A stretch of 64,000 nucleotides of DNA from Abditibacteriaceae bacterium (GTDB lineage Bacteria > Armatimonadota > Abditibacteriia > Abditibacteriales > Abditibacteriaceae), in NCBI GenBank assembly GCA_965277285.1, contig OZ255721.1:672001-736000 (forward strand), in the 5' to 3' direction. Positions 39,043-47,572 of the stretch are shown here, piece by piece (position 1 is the stretch's first letter; the number at the start of each line of letters is the position of its first letter). A model generated the notes under the pieces. That model worked only from the letters and a program-made list of their open reading frames with translations, did no database searches and was not told where the DNA came from. Both the position numbers and the translations under genes were made by a program.

Positions 39043-40437
39043 ATGAAACAACACGATTTAGTTATTATTGGTGGCGGGCCGGGCGGTTATCCCGCCGCGA
39101 TTCGGGCGGCGCAATTAGGCTTGAACGTCGCGTGCATCGAGCAGGAAGAACCGTTGGGCGGAACTTGCGTGCGCATCGGCTGCATTCCGTCCAAAGCCTT
39201 GCTGGAATCGAGCGAGCGCTTGGTCGCCATTCAAGAAGAAGCCAAAGTTCATGGCATTAACGTTGACGGCGTTTCGCTCGACCTGGCGCAGATGATGAAG
39301 CGCAAAACCGATGTCGTGAAAACCTTGACCGGCGGCGTCGCGTTTTTGTTGAAGAAACACAAAATCACGCGCTATTTTGGGCACGGAAGAATTGTCGCGC
39401 CGAATCGAGTACTCGTTGAAGGTAAAGACGCCGAAGAAATCGAAGCGAAGAATATCATCATTGCGACAGGCAGCAAAAGCGCCAATTTGCGTGGCGTCGA
39501 GGTTGATGGAGAACGCATTGTAACTTCGACCGAAGCCTTGAGTTTTCCTGCAGTGCCGCAGCATTTGATCGTTATCGGCGGTGGTTACATCGGTTTGGAA
39601 TTGGGTTCGGTGTGGAAAAGGTTGGGCGCGAAAGTCACGGTTCTGGAATATCTGCCGCGCATTTTGCCTGGCATGGACAGCGAAATCGCTGACGAAGCGC
39701 TGAAAATTTTCAAGAAGCAAGGTCTGGAATTCAAACTCGGCGTGAAAGTTGTCGGTGCCAAAGTCGAAGGTGAAGAAGCGGTTGTTGAAATCGAAGGCGC
39801 GGACGGCAAAACCGAACAAGTTCACGCAGATCGAGTACTCGTTTCGGTCGGGCGCGTGCCGAACACCGATAATCTGGGTTTAGAAACTGTCGATGTAAAG
39901 ACGGATGAGCGCGGTCGCGTGATTGTGAACGAGAATTACGCGACGAACGTGCCGAATATCTACGCGATTGGCGACGTAATCGCCGGGCCGATGCTGGCGC
40001 ACAAAGCGACTGAAGAAGGCATCGCTTGCGTCGAGAAAATCGTCACCGGTTACGGTCACGTCAATTACAACACGATTCCTGGCATCGTTTATACCGAACC
40101 GGAAATCGCCAGCGTCGGGCAAAGTGAAGACAACCTGAAGGAGTTGGGAACGGCTTACAAAAAAGGCGTTTTTCCATTTGCAGCGAGTGGACGCGCGCGC
40201 GCTATTGGTCACATCGAAGGTCGCGTCAAAGTCTTGGCCGATGCAAAAACAGATCGGGTACTGGGTGTTCATATTATCGGCCCGCGCGCCGGAGATTTGA
40301 TCGCCGAAGCGGTTGCCGCCATGGAGTTTGGCGCGAGCAGCGAAGACATCGCGCGCGTTTGCCACGCTCATCCAACACTGAGCGAAAGTTTGCACGAAGC
40401 CGCACTTGCCGTTGATGGTCGCGCGTTGCACATTTGA
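39043..40437 (+). CDS. lpdA: Dihydrolipoyl dehydrogenase E3
   Basis: GGGPGGY, GGTCVRIGCIPSK, GPMLAHKA, HAHPTLSE. Confidence 0.96.
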   Translation: MKQHDLVIIGGGPGGYPAAIRAAQLGLNVACIEQEEPLGGTCVRIGCIPSKALLESSERLVAIQEEAKVHGINVDGVSLDLAQMMKRKTDVVKTLTGGVAFLLKKHKITRYFGHGRIVAPNRVLVEGKDAEEIEAKNIIIATGSKSANLRGVEVDGERIVTSTEALSFPAVPQHLIVIGGGYIGLELGSVWKRLGAKVTVLEYLPRILPGMDSEIADEALKIFKKQGLEFKLGVKVVGAKVEGEEAVVEIEGADGKTEQVHADRVLVSVGRVPNTDNLGLETVDVKTDERGRVIVNENYATNVPNIYAIGDVIAGPMLAHKATEEGIACVEKIVTGYGHVNYNTIPGIVYTEPEIASVGQSEDNLKELGTAYKKGVFPFAASGRARAIGHIEGRVKVLADAKTDRVLGVHIIGPRAGDLIAEAVAAMEFGASSEDIARVCHAHPTLSESLHEAALAVDGRALHI

Positions 40438-40454
40438 AATTGACCAGTGAAGAT

Positions 40455-40536
40455 TGTAGGGACGCAGTTCACTGCGTCCGGCTCTTGCGAGCGCGATCTT
40501 CGCACTTGACCGGACGCAGTGAACTGCGTCCCTACA
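40455..40536. repeat. GTAG-type REP doublet (REPIN)
   Basis: Perfect 27-bp inverted arms TGTAGGGACGCAGTTCACTGCGTCCGG. Confidence 0.8.
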
Positions 40537-40599
40537 GGTTCTAAAGCATCGTTTTTCAGTACTCGATAAGTTCTTTACGCGCCTTTCGCGGGCTATTCT

Positions 40600-41016
40600 T
40601 CATGGGACGAAAATCGAGCGTGGCGCCTGCGGGAAAGCGTTGGCGAACTCCTGGTTTTCCACGTCGCCGTTATAAATGCGACGTTTGACGCGCCAGCGAT
40701 TGTTTTCGCGGTGCAGCAGCGCGGTAAAGTTGGTGCCGCTGCCTTCGGAGAAAATGCCGCCTGGTTTGCTGCCGTCCGCATAGGCGAAATCGCCTTCGAC
40801 ATACGCCCAGCCGCGCTCGACTTTGAAATCATACGGCGTGATGATCGCTTTGTGGCGTCCATCGCCTAAAACGCGGCGCAGCGAGTTCATAATGGCGACG
40901 CGTTCCGCCGAACCGCGCGGCGGCGTGTGCGGCGCCGCAAAAGCCGTGTGCGTCCACAAAGTGCTGGCAACTAGACAAATCGCGGACGTTCGCTTGATAT
41001 TGCGTTGAACGTTCAT
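40600..41016 (-). CDS. Secreted hypothetical protein
   Basis: Signal peptide; TPPRGSAERVAIMNSLR; AGGAG RBS. Confidence 0.7.
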   Translation of the reverse strand: MNVQRNIKRTSAICLVASTLWTHTAFAAPHTPPRGSAERVAIMNSLRRVLGDGRHKAIITPYDFKVERGWAYVEGDFAYADGSKPGGIFSEGSGTNFTALLHRENNRWRVKRRIYNGDVENQEFANAFPQAPRSIFVP

Positions 41017-41118
41017 CTTTTTCTCCTTTTGAAAATGGCAGGCCGACGCATGGCGCAAGTCGCAGACCAAGAATCGCGTCCCATTGCCGTCCTTTGCTGC
41101 ACTGATAAACTGCGACGC

Positions 41119-42414
41119 ATGGCGTATTTATCGCAGATTCTGCGCAAACGAGTACTCGATTCAGTCGGGCAACCGATTGGTCGCATCGAAGACTTGGCAA
41201 TCACGGTTGAAGAACCTTTTGGCGGCGAGTTTCCGCCGGTGACTCTCGTTCTGGTACGCGCTGGCAGCACAGTTTTGCGTTTGCGATGGGAACTGATTTC
41301 CGACTTGAACGCAGTTGGTGGCAACGTTTGTTTGCTTGATGAGCCGCGCGCGCGTCTCACTATCGGCCAGGAAAAAGAAGGCGAGGTTTATCTCAAGCGC
41401 GACGTTTTAGACAAGCAAATCCTCGACATCGCCAATTATCGCGTGGTTCGCGTCAACGATATTTATTTGCAAGAAGACGGCGATCAACTGCGCGCAGCGG
41501 GCGTTGATGTCTCGTTTCGCGGACTTTTGCGGCGCATTCGACTGGAAAATCGCCTGGTGACGATTACGCGCAAGTTGGGCGCGCCGATGCATCGCCAGCA
41601 CATTCCGTGGAATCAGGTCGAAGTGATGCGGACGGAAAGCGGCGGCAAAATACAACTCAAAGTGCCGACCGATAAATTGTCGAAATTGCATCCGACCGAC
41701 TTGGCGGCGATTGTTCATCAGATGAGTCCGGTTGAGCGCCAGGAAGTTTTCGAGCAATTGGATGTCGAAACTGCCGCGACAACACTCGAAGAAATGGACG
41801 ATGAGTTGGCGGCGGACATCGTGGAAAGTCTGCCCAACGAGCGCGCGGCGGACATCATTGAGGAAATGGATCCTGATGAAGCCGCCGACGTTTTGGGCGA
41901 AATGGATTCGCCGGAAGAAACGCAGGCGATTTTAGGTTTGATGGACGACCCCGAAGAAGCCGCCGATATTCAGCATTTGTTGAGTTACGAAGAAGGCACG
42001 GCGGGCGCTTTGATGACGACGAACGTGGTCGAAATTCCGCGCGACCTGACAACAGATCGAGTACTCGAACGCTTGCGCGCCGAACAGCCCGATCCGAGCG
42101 CGCTGCATTATTTGTATGTGCATGATGAAAACGAAAAACTTGTCGGCGTGATTAGCCTGGCGGAAATTGCCCTTGCCGCGCCGCATACTCCGCTTAGCGA
42201 AATCATGCATAAAAATGAGGAAATTGTATCGGTCGGGCCGCAAGCCGACGCCGAAGAATGCGCGCGTCTCATTGCCAAATACGATTTGCTGTCGCTTCCT
42301 GTTCTCGATTTGCATGGTTCTTTGTTGGGTGCAGTGACGGTGGACGACGTTCTGGACGTAATCGCGCCCGACGAATGGAAAGCGCACATCCCGCGCGTTT
42401 TCGCCCGCAGCTAA
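41119..42414 (+). CDS. MgtE intracellular-domain protein (PRC + MgtE_N + CBS pair, no TM domain)
   Basis: LHPTDLAAIV, MDPDEAADVL, TAGALMTT, KYDLLSLPV, GAVTVDDVLD. Confidence 0.85.
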   Translation: MAYLSQILRKRVLDSVGQPIGRIEDLAITVEEPFGGEFPPVTLVLVRAGSTVLRLRWELISDLNAVGGNVCLLDEPRARLTIGQEKEGEVYLKRDVLDKQILDIANYRVVRVNDIYLQEDGDQLRAAGVDVSFRGLLRRIRLENRLVTITRKLGAPMHRQHIPWNQVEVMRTESGGKIQLKVPTDKLSKLHPTDLAAIVHQMSPVERQEVFEQLDVETAATTLEEMDDELAADIVESLPNERAADIIEEMDPDEAADVLGEMDSPEETQAILGLMDDPEEAADIQHLLSYEEGTAGALMTTNVVEIPRDLTTDRVLERLRAEQPDPSALHYLYVHDENEKLVGVISLAEIALAAPHTPLSEIMHKNEEIVSVGPQADAEECARLIAKYDLLSLPVLDLHGSLLGAVTVDDVLDVIAPDEWKAHIPRVFARS

Positions 42415-42415
42415 C

Positions 42416-42505
42416 CAACGAACCCGAAGCGCGAGCGACGGGCTTCGCCTATAAGTATGATGTAACTGAGCGTTTAAGCCCGTCGCTTACGCTCGGGGTT
42501 CGTTG
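42416..42505. repeat. REP-like doublet, AACGAACCC family
   Basis: CAACGAACCCGAAGCGCGAGCGACGGGCTT ... AAGCCCGTCGCTTACGCTCGGGGTTCGTTG. Confidence 0.7.
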
Positions 42506-42513
42506 ATAATATT

Positions 42514-43212
42514 TTGACTTCTCCTCTCGATAAATCACACGGCAGCGTGCGCGCGATGTTTTCCGATATTGCCAGCCGCTACGATTTCCTTAATCACTTG
42601 TTGTCGGCCAATCAGGATAAACGTTGGCGGCGGCGCGCGATTCGTCTTTTGTCACCCAAAGTACGCTATCGAGTACTCGATTTGTGTTGCGGCACTGGCG
42701 ATTTGGGTTTGGAATGCGTGAAGCAGCAGCCGAAATGCAAGGTCATCGGAGCTGATTTCGCGTTGCCAATGTTGGAAATCGCACGTAGGAAAGGCGACGC
42801 GATTCCTTTCTTGGCGGGCGATGCGTTGCAATTGCCGTTCGCGGATGCAACGTTTAATTGCGTGATGGTGGGTTTCGGCGCGCGCAACTTTGAAGACACA
42901 GAACGCGGCTTGCGCGAAATGAAGCGCGTTACAAAAAGTGGCGGCAAGATTTTAGTTTTGGAATTTATGCGTCCGACTTCGCCGCTGATTCGTTCGGGTT
43001 TCGGTGTGTTCTTCAAGCACGTTTTGCCTTTAATCGGGAAAATTGTGTCGCGCCACAAAGATGCTTACAACTATCTTCCGGCTTCGGTCGATGGCTTTTA
43101 CACGCGCCGCGAATTTGAAACCTTGATGCGGCACATTGGATTACGCGACGTGCGTTCGTGGAACCTGAACGGCGGCATTGCGACGATTTTCCTGGCGCGT
43201 AAAGCGGAATGA
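42514..43212 (+). CDS. menG: Demethylmenaquinone methyltransferase (UbiE/MenG)
   Basis: MFSDIASRYDFLNHLLS, RVLDLCCGTGDL, GDALQLPF, YNYLPAS. Confidence 0.9.
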   Translation: MTSPLDKSHGSVRAMFSDIASRYDFLNHLLSANQDKRWRRRAIRLLSPKVRYRVLDLCCGTGDLGLECVKQQPKCKVIGADFALPMLEIARRKGDAIPFLAGDALQLPFADATFNCVMVGFGARNFEDTERGLREMKRVTKSGGKILVLEFMRPTSPLIRSGFGVFFKHVLPLIGKIVSRHKDAYNYLPASVDGFYTRREFETLMRHIGLRDVRSWNLNGGIATIFLARKAE

Positions 43213-43260
43213 TTCGCCGCGAAGAGCACGAAGGAAAAAGGGGAAAGAATCGTCGTAAGG

Positions 43261-43330
43261 GTTTGTCATTCTGAGCGCAGCGAAGAATCTATGTGCAGTT
43301 AGATTCTTCGCTGCGCTCAGAATGACAAAC
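43261..43330. repeat. REP-like doublet, GTCATTCTGAG family
   Basis: Perfect 31-bp arms GTTTGTCATTCTGAGCGCAGCGAAGAATCTA. Confidence 0.8.
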
Positions 43331-43457
43331 TGCAAGTTTGACGTTTAATCTGCTCCAGCTTACGACTTTCTATACAACCTTTCAGAATGACAAACTTTTG
43401 ATTTCGAGTACTCAATTCTTTCTTTGTGCCTTCGCGCCTCTGCGGTTCAAAACAAAC

Positions 43458-44093
43458 ATGAAATTTATTGTCGCCATGACGGGCGCGTCCGGTCATCTTT
43501 ATGCGTTGCGGCTTTTGACGAAATTGGTCGAATGCGAAGCGCAGGTTTCTCTGGTCGTCAGCGAACCGGCGTGCGTTTCTCTGGCGGCAGAAACGGGTAT
43601 CAAGATCAATGCGCATTCATTCGATTTGTCGAAGCTGTTTACCGACAATCGAGTACTCGAACGCGCGCGCGAACTGGTTCAAACCTTCAATCCGCGCGAT
43701 ATTGCGGCGCCTGTCGCCAGCGGTTCGGTTCGCCACGATGGAATGGTTGTCGTGCCATGTTCGATGGGAACTCTGGGACGCATCGCGCACGGCACGTCCG
43801 ATGACTTGATTTGTCGCGCGGCGGATGTTTGCCTCAAAGAACGCCGCAAACTGATTTTAGTCGCGCGCGAAATGCCTTTGTCGTTGATTCATCTGAAAAA
43901 CATGCAAGCTGTGACCGAAGCGGGCGCGCTGGTTTTTCCAGCTTGTCCGCATTTTTATCACGCGCCGCAAACCGTGGAAGAAGTTGTTGATACGGTTGTC
44001 GATCGAGTACTCGATCATCTGGGCGTTGAGGTTCAAACGCGGCGCTGGCGGGAAAGCGAACCGGCAGAAGGCAATCGGCAGGAGAAAGCATGA
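43458..44093 (+). CDS. ubiX: Flavin prenyltransferase
   Basis: VAMTGASG, ASGS, VPCSMGTL, RAADVCLKERR, REMPL. Confidence 0.93.
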   Translation: MKFIVAMTGASGHLYALRLLTKLVECEAQVSLVVSEPACVSLAAETGIKINAHSFDLSKLFTDNRVLERARELVQTFNPRDIAAPVASGSVRHDGMVVVPCSMGTLGRIAHGTSDDLICRAADVCLKERRKLILVAREMPLSLIHLKNMQAVTEAGALVFPACPHFYHAPQTVEEVVDTVVDRVLDHLGVEVQTRRWRESEPAEGNRQEKA

Positions 44094-45004
44094 ACGCGCC
44101 TTCGCCGGCCACGACCAAAGATCAAAAACCCAGAAACACCTTGCAATCTTTCTTAGAACGCATCAAGGATTTTCTTGAACTCGTCAAGTTCGGGCACACG
44201 CTTTTCGCGCTGCCGTTCGCGCTGGCTTCGATGATTGTCGCGGCGCAGGGGTTTCCTGCGTGGCGCGTCTTCGGCTGGATTTTGGTGGCGATGATTGGTG
44301 CGCGCACCGCGGCAATGGGTTTCAACCGCATCGTTGACCGCGAGATTGACGCGCGCAATCCTCGCACCAAGAACCGCGAAATTCCTGCGGGGAAAGTATC
44401 AGTCGGGCAGGCGAGCGCGCTGGTTTTTTTCAGTTCATTGGTGTTCGTCTTCGCCGCCTGGCAGTTGAATACGCTGGCGTTAATTTTGTCGCCGTTAACG
44501 CTGTGCGCGCTGTTTTTCTATTCGTATTGCAAGCGATTTACGCACTGGGCGCATTTTGTTTTAGGTTTATGTTTGGGCATCGCACCAGCGGGCGCGTGGG
44601 TCGCGGTCACGGGAAGATTGCCCTTTGCGCCGTGCGTTTTAGCCATCGCCGTGATGTTCTGGGTCGCCGGTTTCGATGTGATTTACGCCACGATGGACGA
44701 CGAGTTCGACCGCACTGAAGGCGTTCACTCGCTGGTGCAAACGCTGGGCATTCCCAAAGCGCTGACCGCAGCGCGCGTCTTTCATGCGATTTTCATCGCG
44801 TTGTTGTTGGCGTTTGGCGTTCTGACGCACTTGCGTCCCACGTTTTTTATCGGCGTCGCGCTGATCGCGCTGTTTCTGGTGTACGAGCATTCGATTGTCA
44901 ATCCGCGCGATTTGCGGCGCGTCAATGCGGCGTTTTTCACTGTCAATGGCGTCATCAGCCTGATGTTCCTCATTGTTACGGCGCTGTCGGTTTGGTGGAA
45001 GTAG
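44090..45004 (+). CDS. UbiA-family prenyltransferase (MqnP-like)
   Basis: VKFGHTLFALPFA, ARTAAMGFNRIVDREIDARNPRT, GFDVIYA. Confidence 0.9.
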   Translation: MNAPSPATTKDQKPRNTLQSFLERIKDFLELVKFGHTLFALPFALASMIVAAQGFPAWRVFGWILVAMIGARTAAMGFNRIVDREIDARNPRTKNREIPAGKVSVGQASALVFFSSLVFVFAAWQLNTLALILSPLTLCALFFYSYCKRFTHWAHFVLGLCLGIAPAGAWVAVTGRLPFAPCVLAIAVMFWVAGFDVIYATMDDEFDRTEGVHSLVQTLGIPKALTAARVFHAIFIALLLAFGVLTHLRPTFFIGVALIALFLVYEHSIVNPRDLRRVNAAFFTVNGVISLMFLIVTALSVWWK

Positions 45005-45042
45005 AGAATCGAGTACTCGATGTATCGCAAAGGAGTCGCGTA

Positions 45043-46001
45043 ATGAAAATTGCAATCACGGGCGGAACGGGTTTCGTCGGGCGGCATCTGGCGCGCGAAC
45101 TGGCGCGACAAGGTCATCAAGTCGTCTTAATTTCGCGTGGTTTCGATGGGCGCGACGAAGATGTTCGCGCTTTGAAAAACGTGGTTTTCGTGCCAATTGG
45201 GACATCCGACACGGCGCAGTTGGCTGAGGCTTTTGTCGGCTGCGACGCGATTGCACATTGCGCAGGCATCAATCGAGAAATCGGCGAACAAACCTATGAG
45301 CGCGTTCATGTCGAAGGCACGCGCAACGTCATCGAAGCCGCGTGCCAGGCCAACGTCAAGAAAGTTTTGCTGCTCAGTTTTTGCGCGCGCGACCTCATTG
45401 TGGCTCGTCATATCACGAATCGAAGTGGCAGGCCGAAGAAATTGTGCGCGATTCTGGCCTGGATTATACGATCATCAAAGCCGGCATGATTTACGGCAGC
45501 GGCGATCATATGCTCGATCATCTCAGTCACACTTTGCACAGCTTGCCGCTTTTTGCGACTGTCGGCTTGCGCGAAAAACCGATCCGTCCGGTCGCGGTGG
45601 AAGACGTTGTGCGCATTTTGCAGGCGTCATTAATCGAAGGAAAGTTGTCGCGCGAAACGGTCGCGGTCGTTGGGCCACAGCAAATGCGATTGAGCGACGC
45701 GGTTCGGCAATTGTCGCGTATCACCAAACGTCGCGTGCTAATTTTTCCGTTTCCGATTTGGGCGCATCGTGCTCTGGCGTGGATTTTTGAACACACGATG
45801 ACGGTTCCACTAATTTCGTCAGCGCAGGTTTTTATGTTGTCCGAAGGCTTGACCGAACCAGAGCCGCACTTTCCTTTCGTGACTGGCGATTTGGCGCCGC
45901 GCACAAAGTTTGAAGACGCCTTTATCCGCGAACGCTTGCCCAAAGCGCAACCGTTCCGGCGCGGCGATTTTCGCAGTTGCGCATTTTTGGCGCGCAAGTA
46001 A
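45043..46001 (+). pseudogene. NAD-dependent epimerase/NDUFA9-like SDR, frameshifted
   Basis: ITGGTGFVG N-half and YHESK C-half are in different frames and rejoin on adding one T to the T5 run at 45378-45382. Confidence 0.75.
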
Positions 46002-46018
46002 AAATTGCATCAAATGCG

Positions 46019-46056
46019 AAAAGGTCTTCCATCGAGTACTCGATAGAAGACCTTTT
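46019..46056. terminator. Bidirectional terminator-like hairpin centred on ATCGAGTACTCGAT
   Basis: AAAAGGTCTTC-C-ATCGAGTACTCGAT-A-GAAGACCTTTT between convergent genes. Confidence 0.7.
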
Positions 46057-46069
46057 CCTTGCTCGTCAT

Positions 46070-46483
46070 TCAACTGTTTTCGCCCGACAAATCAATCGCC
46101 AATTTTTCGATAGTGGAAAGCAGAAATTCCATGTCGATGGGTTTGATGAGACAATGGTCGAAGCCGGATTCGAGCGCGGTGTTTTGTTCGGCGTCGTCGC
46201 TGTAGCCGGTCAACGCGACGGCTTTGAAGGGTTTCAGGCGCGTGTCGCCGCGCAGTTCGCGCATCATTTCGCAGCCGTTCATGCCCGGCATTCCGATGTC
46301 GCTGACGACGATGTGCGGCTTGAAGTCGGGCGCGATTTCAAGCGCTTCGTGCGCCTGTCGCGCCGTTTCGACGCGATACGATTGACGCGTGAGAGCAATT
46401 TGCATCATCAAGCGCAAATCGTCCTGATCGTCCACAAACAACACGCGCAACGGGCTTTTGTCTTGGGTTTGAGAAGCGTTCAC
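46070..46483 (-). CDS. Single-domain response regulator (CheY-like)
   Basis: VLFVDD, VSDIGMPGMNG, ALTG, LIKP. Confidence 0.9.
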   Translation of the reverse strand: MNASQTQDKSPLRVLFVDDQDDLRLMMQIALTRQSYRVETARQAHEALEIAPDFKPHIVVSDIGMPGMNGCEMMRELRGDTRLKPFKAVALTGYSDDAEQNTALESGFDHCLIKPIDMEFLLSTIEKLAIDLSGENS

Positions 46484-46534
46484 TGTGTTCTCCAGTACTC
46501 GAATCGGGGACAGTTCGCGTGTGTCTACAAAGTT

Positions 46535-47527
46535 TTAAGCGGTGCGCGCGACGCTTTGCGCTTCGACCAGAGAATCAACCAAAACATCGGCGTCGATGCC
46601 TTCGGCCTGCGCCTCAAAGTTCATAATGATGCGATGGCGCAGCGCCGGACGCGCCACAAAATCCAAATCCTCATACGCGACATTGAAGCGATCATTCAAC
46701 AAAGCGCGCACTTTGGCCGCCAAAATCAACGACTGCGCGCCGCGCGGACTGGCGCCGTAACGCGCGTATTTCTTCACTTCCGTCGTCGCGTATTCATTAT
46801 CGGGATGCGTCCCCAAAACCAGGCGAACCGCATATTCCTGCAAGTGCGGCGCGACCGGAACCTCGCGCACCAAACGTCGCAAACCTAAGATCGCTTCGCC
46901 GTCGAGTACTCGATTCGGCGTATCGTCGTGTCCGCTCGTCGTTCTGTCCAAAATCTGCGTCAATTCTTCCATGCTTGGAAAATAAACCTTCATCTTGAAC
47001 AGAAAACGGTCGAGTTGCGCTTCGGGCAGCGGATACGTGCCTTCCATTTCAATCGGATTTTGCGTCGCCAGAACAATAAACGGCTGCGACAATTTGTAAG
47101 TTGTGCCCGCGACCGTCACGCTGTGTTCTTGCATCGCTTCCAAAAGCGCACTTTGCGTCTTCGGCGTGGCGCGATTGATTTCATCGGCCAGCAGAACATT
47201 GGTGAAAACCGGGCCACGCTGAAACTGAAACTCTTTGCGGCCTTCGGGCGTTTCCGCGATGATGTTGGTTCCAGTCACGTCGGCGGGCATCAAGTCGGGC
47301 GTGAACTGAATGCGCGAGAAATCCAGTCCCAGCGAACCGGCGAGCGTGCGCACCATCAGTGTTTTGCCCAGTCCTGGAACGCCTTCGAGAAGGACATGAC
47401 CGCCAGCGCACAAACAAATCAGGATGCCTTCGACAATTTGTTCCTGCCCGACGATCACGCGCGCCATCTGCGCTTTTACGGCATCAATGCGGCTTTGAAA
47501 CTCCTGCACGGCGGTCGTAGCGTTCAT
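46535..47527 (-). CDS. MoxR family AAA+ ATPase
   Basis: LEGVPGLGKT, RIQFTPDLMPAD, LADEINRA, ATQNPIE, LPEAQLDRF. Confidence 0.95.
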   Translation of the reverse strand: MNATTAVQEFQSRIDAVKAQMARVIVGQEQIVEGILICLCAGGHVLLEGVPGLGKTLMVRTLAGSLGLDFSRIQFTPDLMPADVTGTNIIAETPEGRKEFQFQRGPVFTNVLLADEINRATPKTQSALLEAMQEHSVTVAGTTYKLSQPFIVLATQNPIEMEGTYPLPEAQLDRFLFKMKVYFPSMEELTQILDRTTSGHDDTPNRVLDGEAILGLRRLVREVPVAPHLQEYAVRLVLGTHPDNEYATTEVKKYARYGASPRGAQSLILAAKVRALLNDRFNVAYEDLDFVARPALRHRIIMNFEAQAEGIDADVLVDSLVEAQSVARTA

Positions 47528-47572
47528 AGAAATTGGGTGAAGTGAAATCGAGTACTCGAACCTCGGGCGTGT

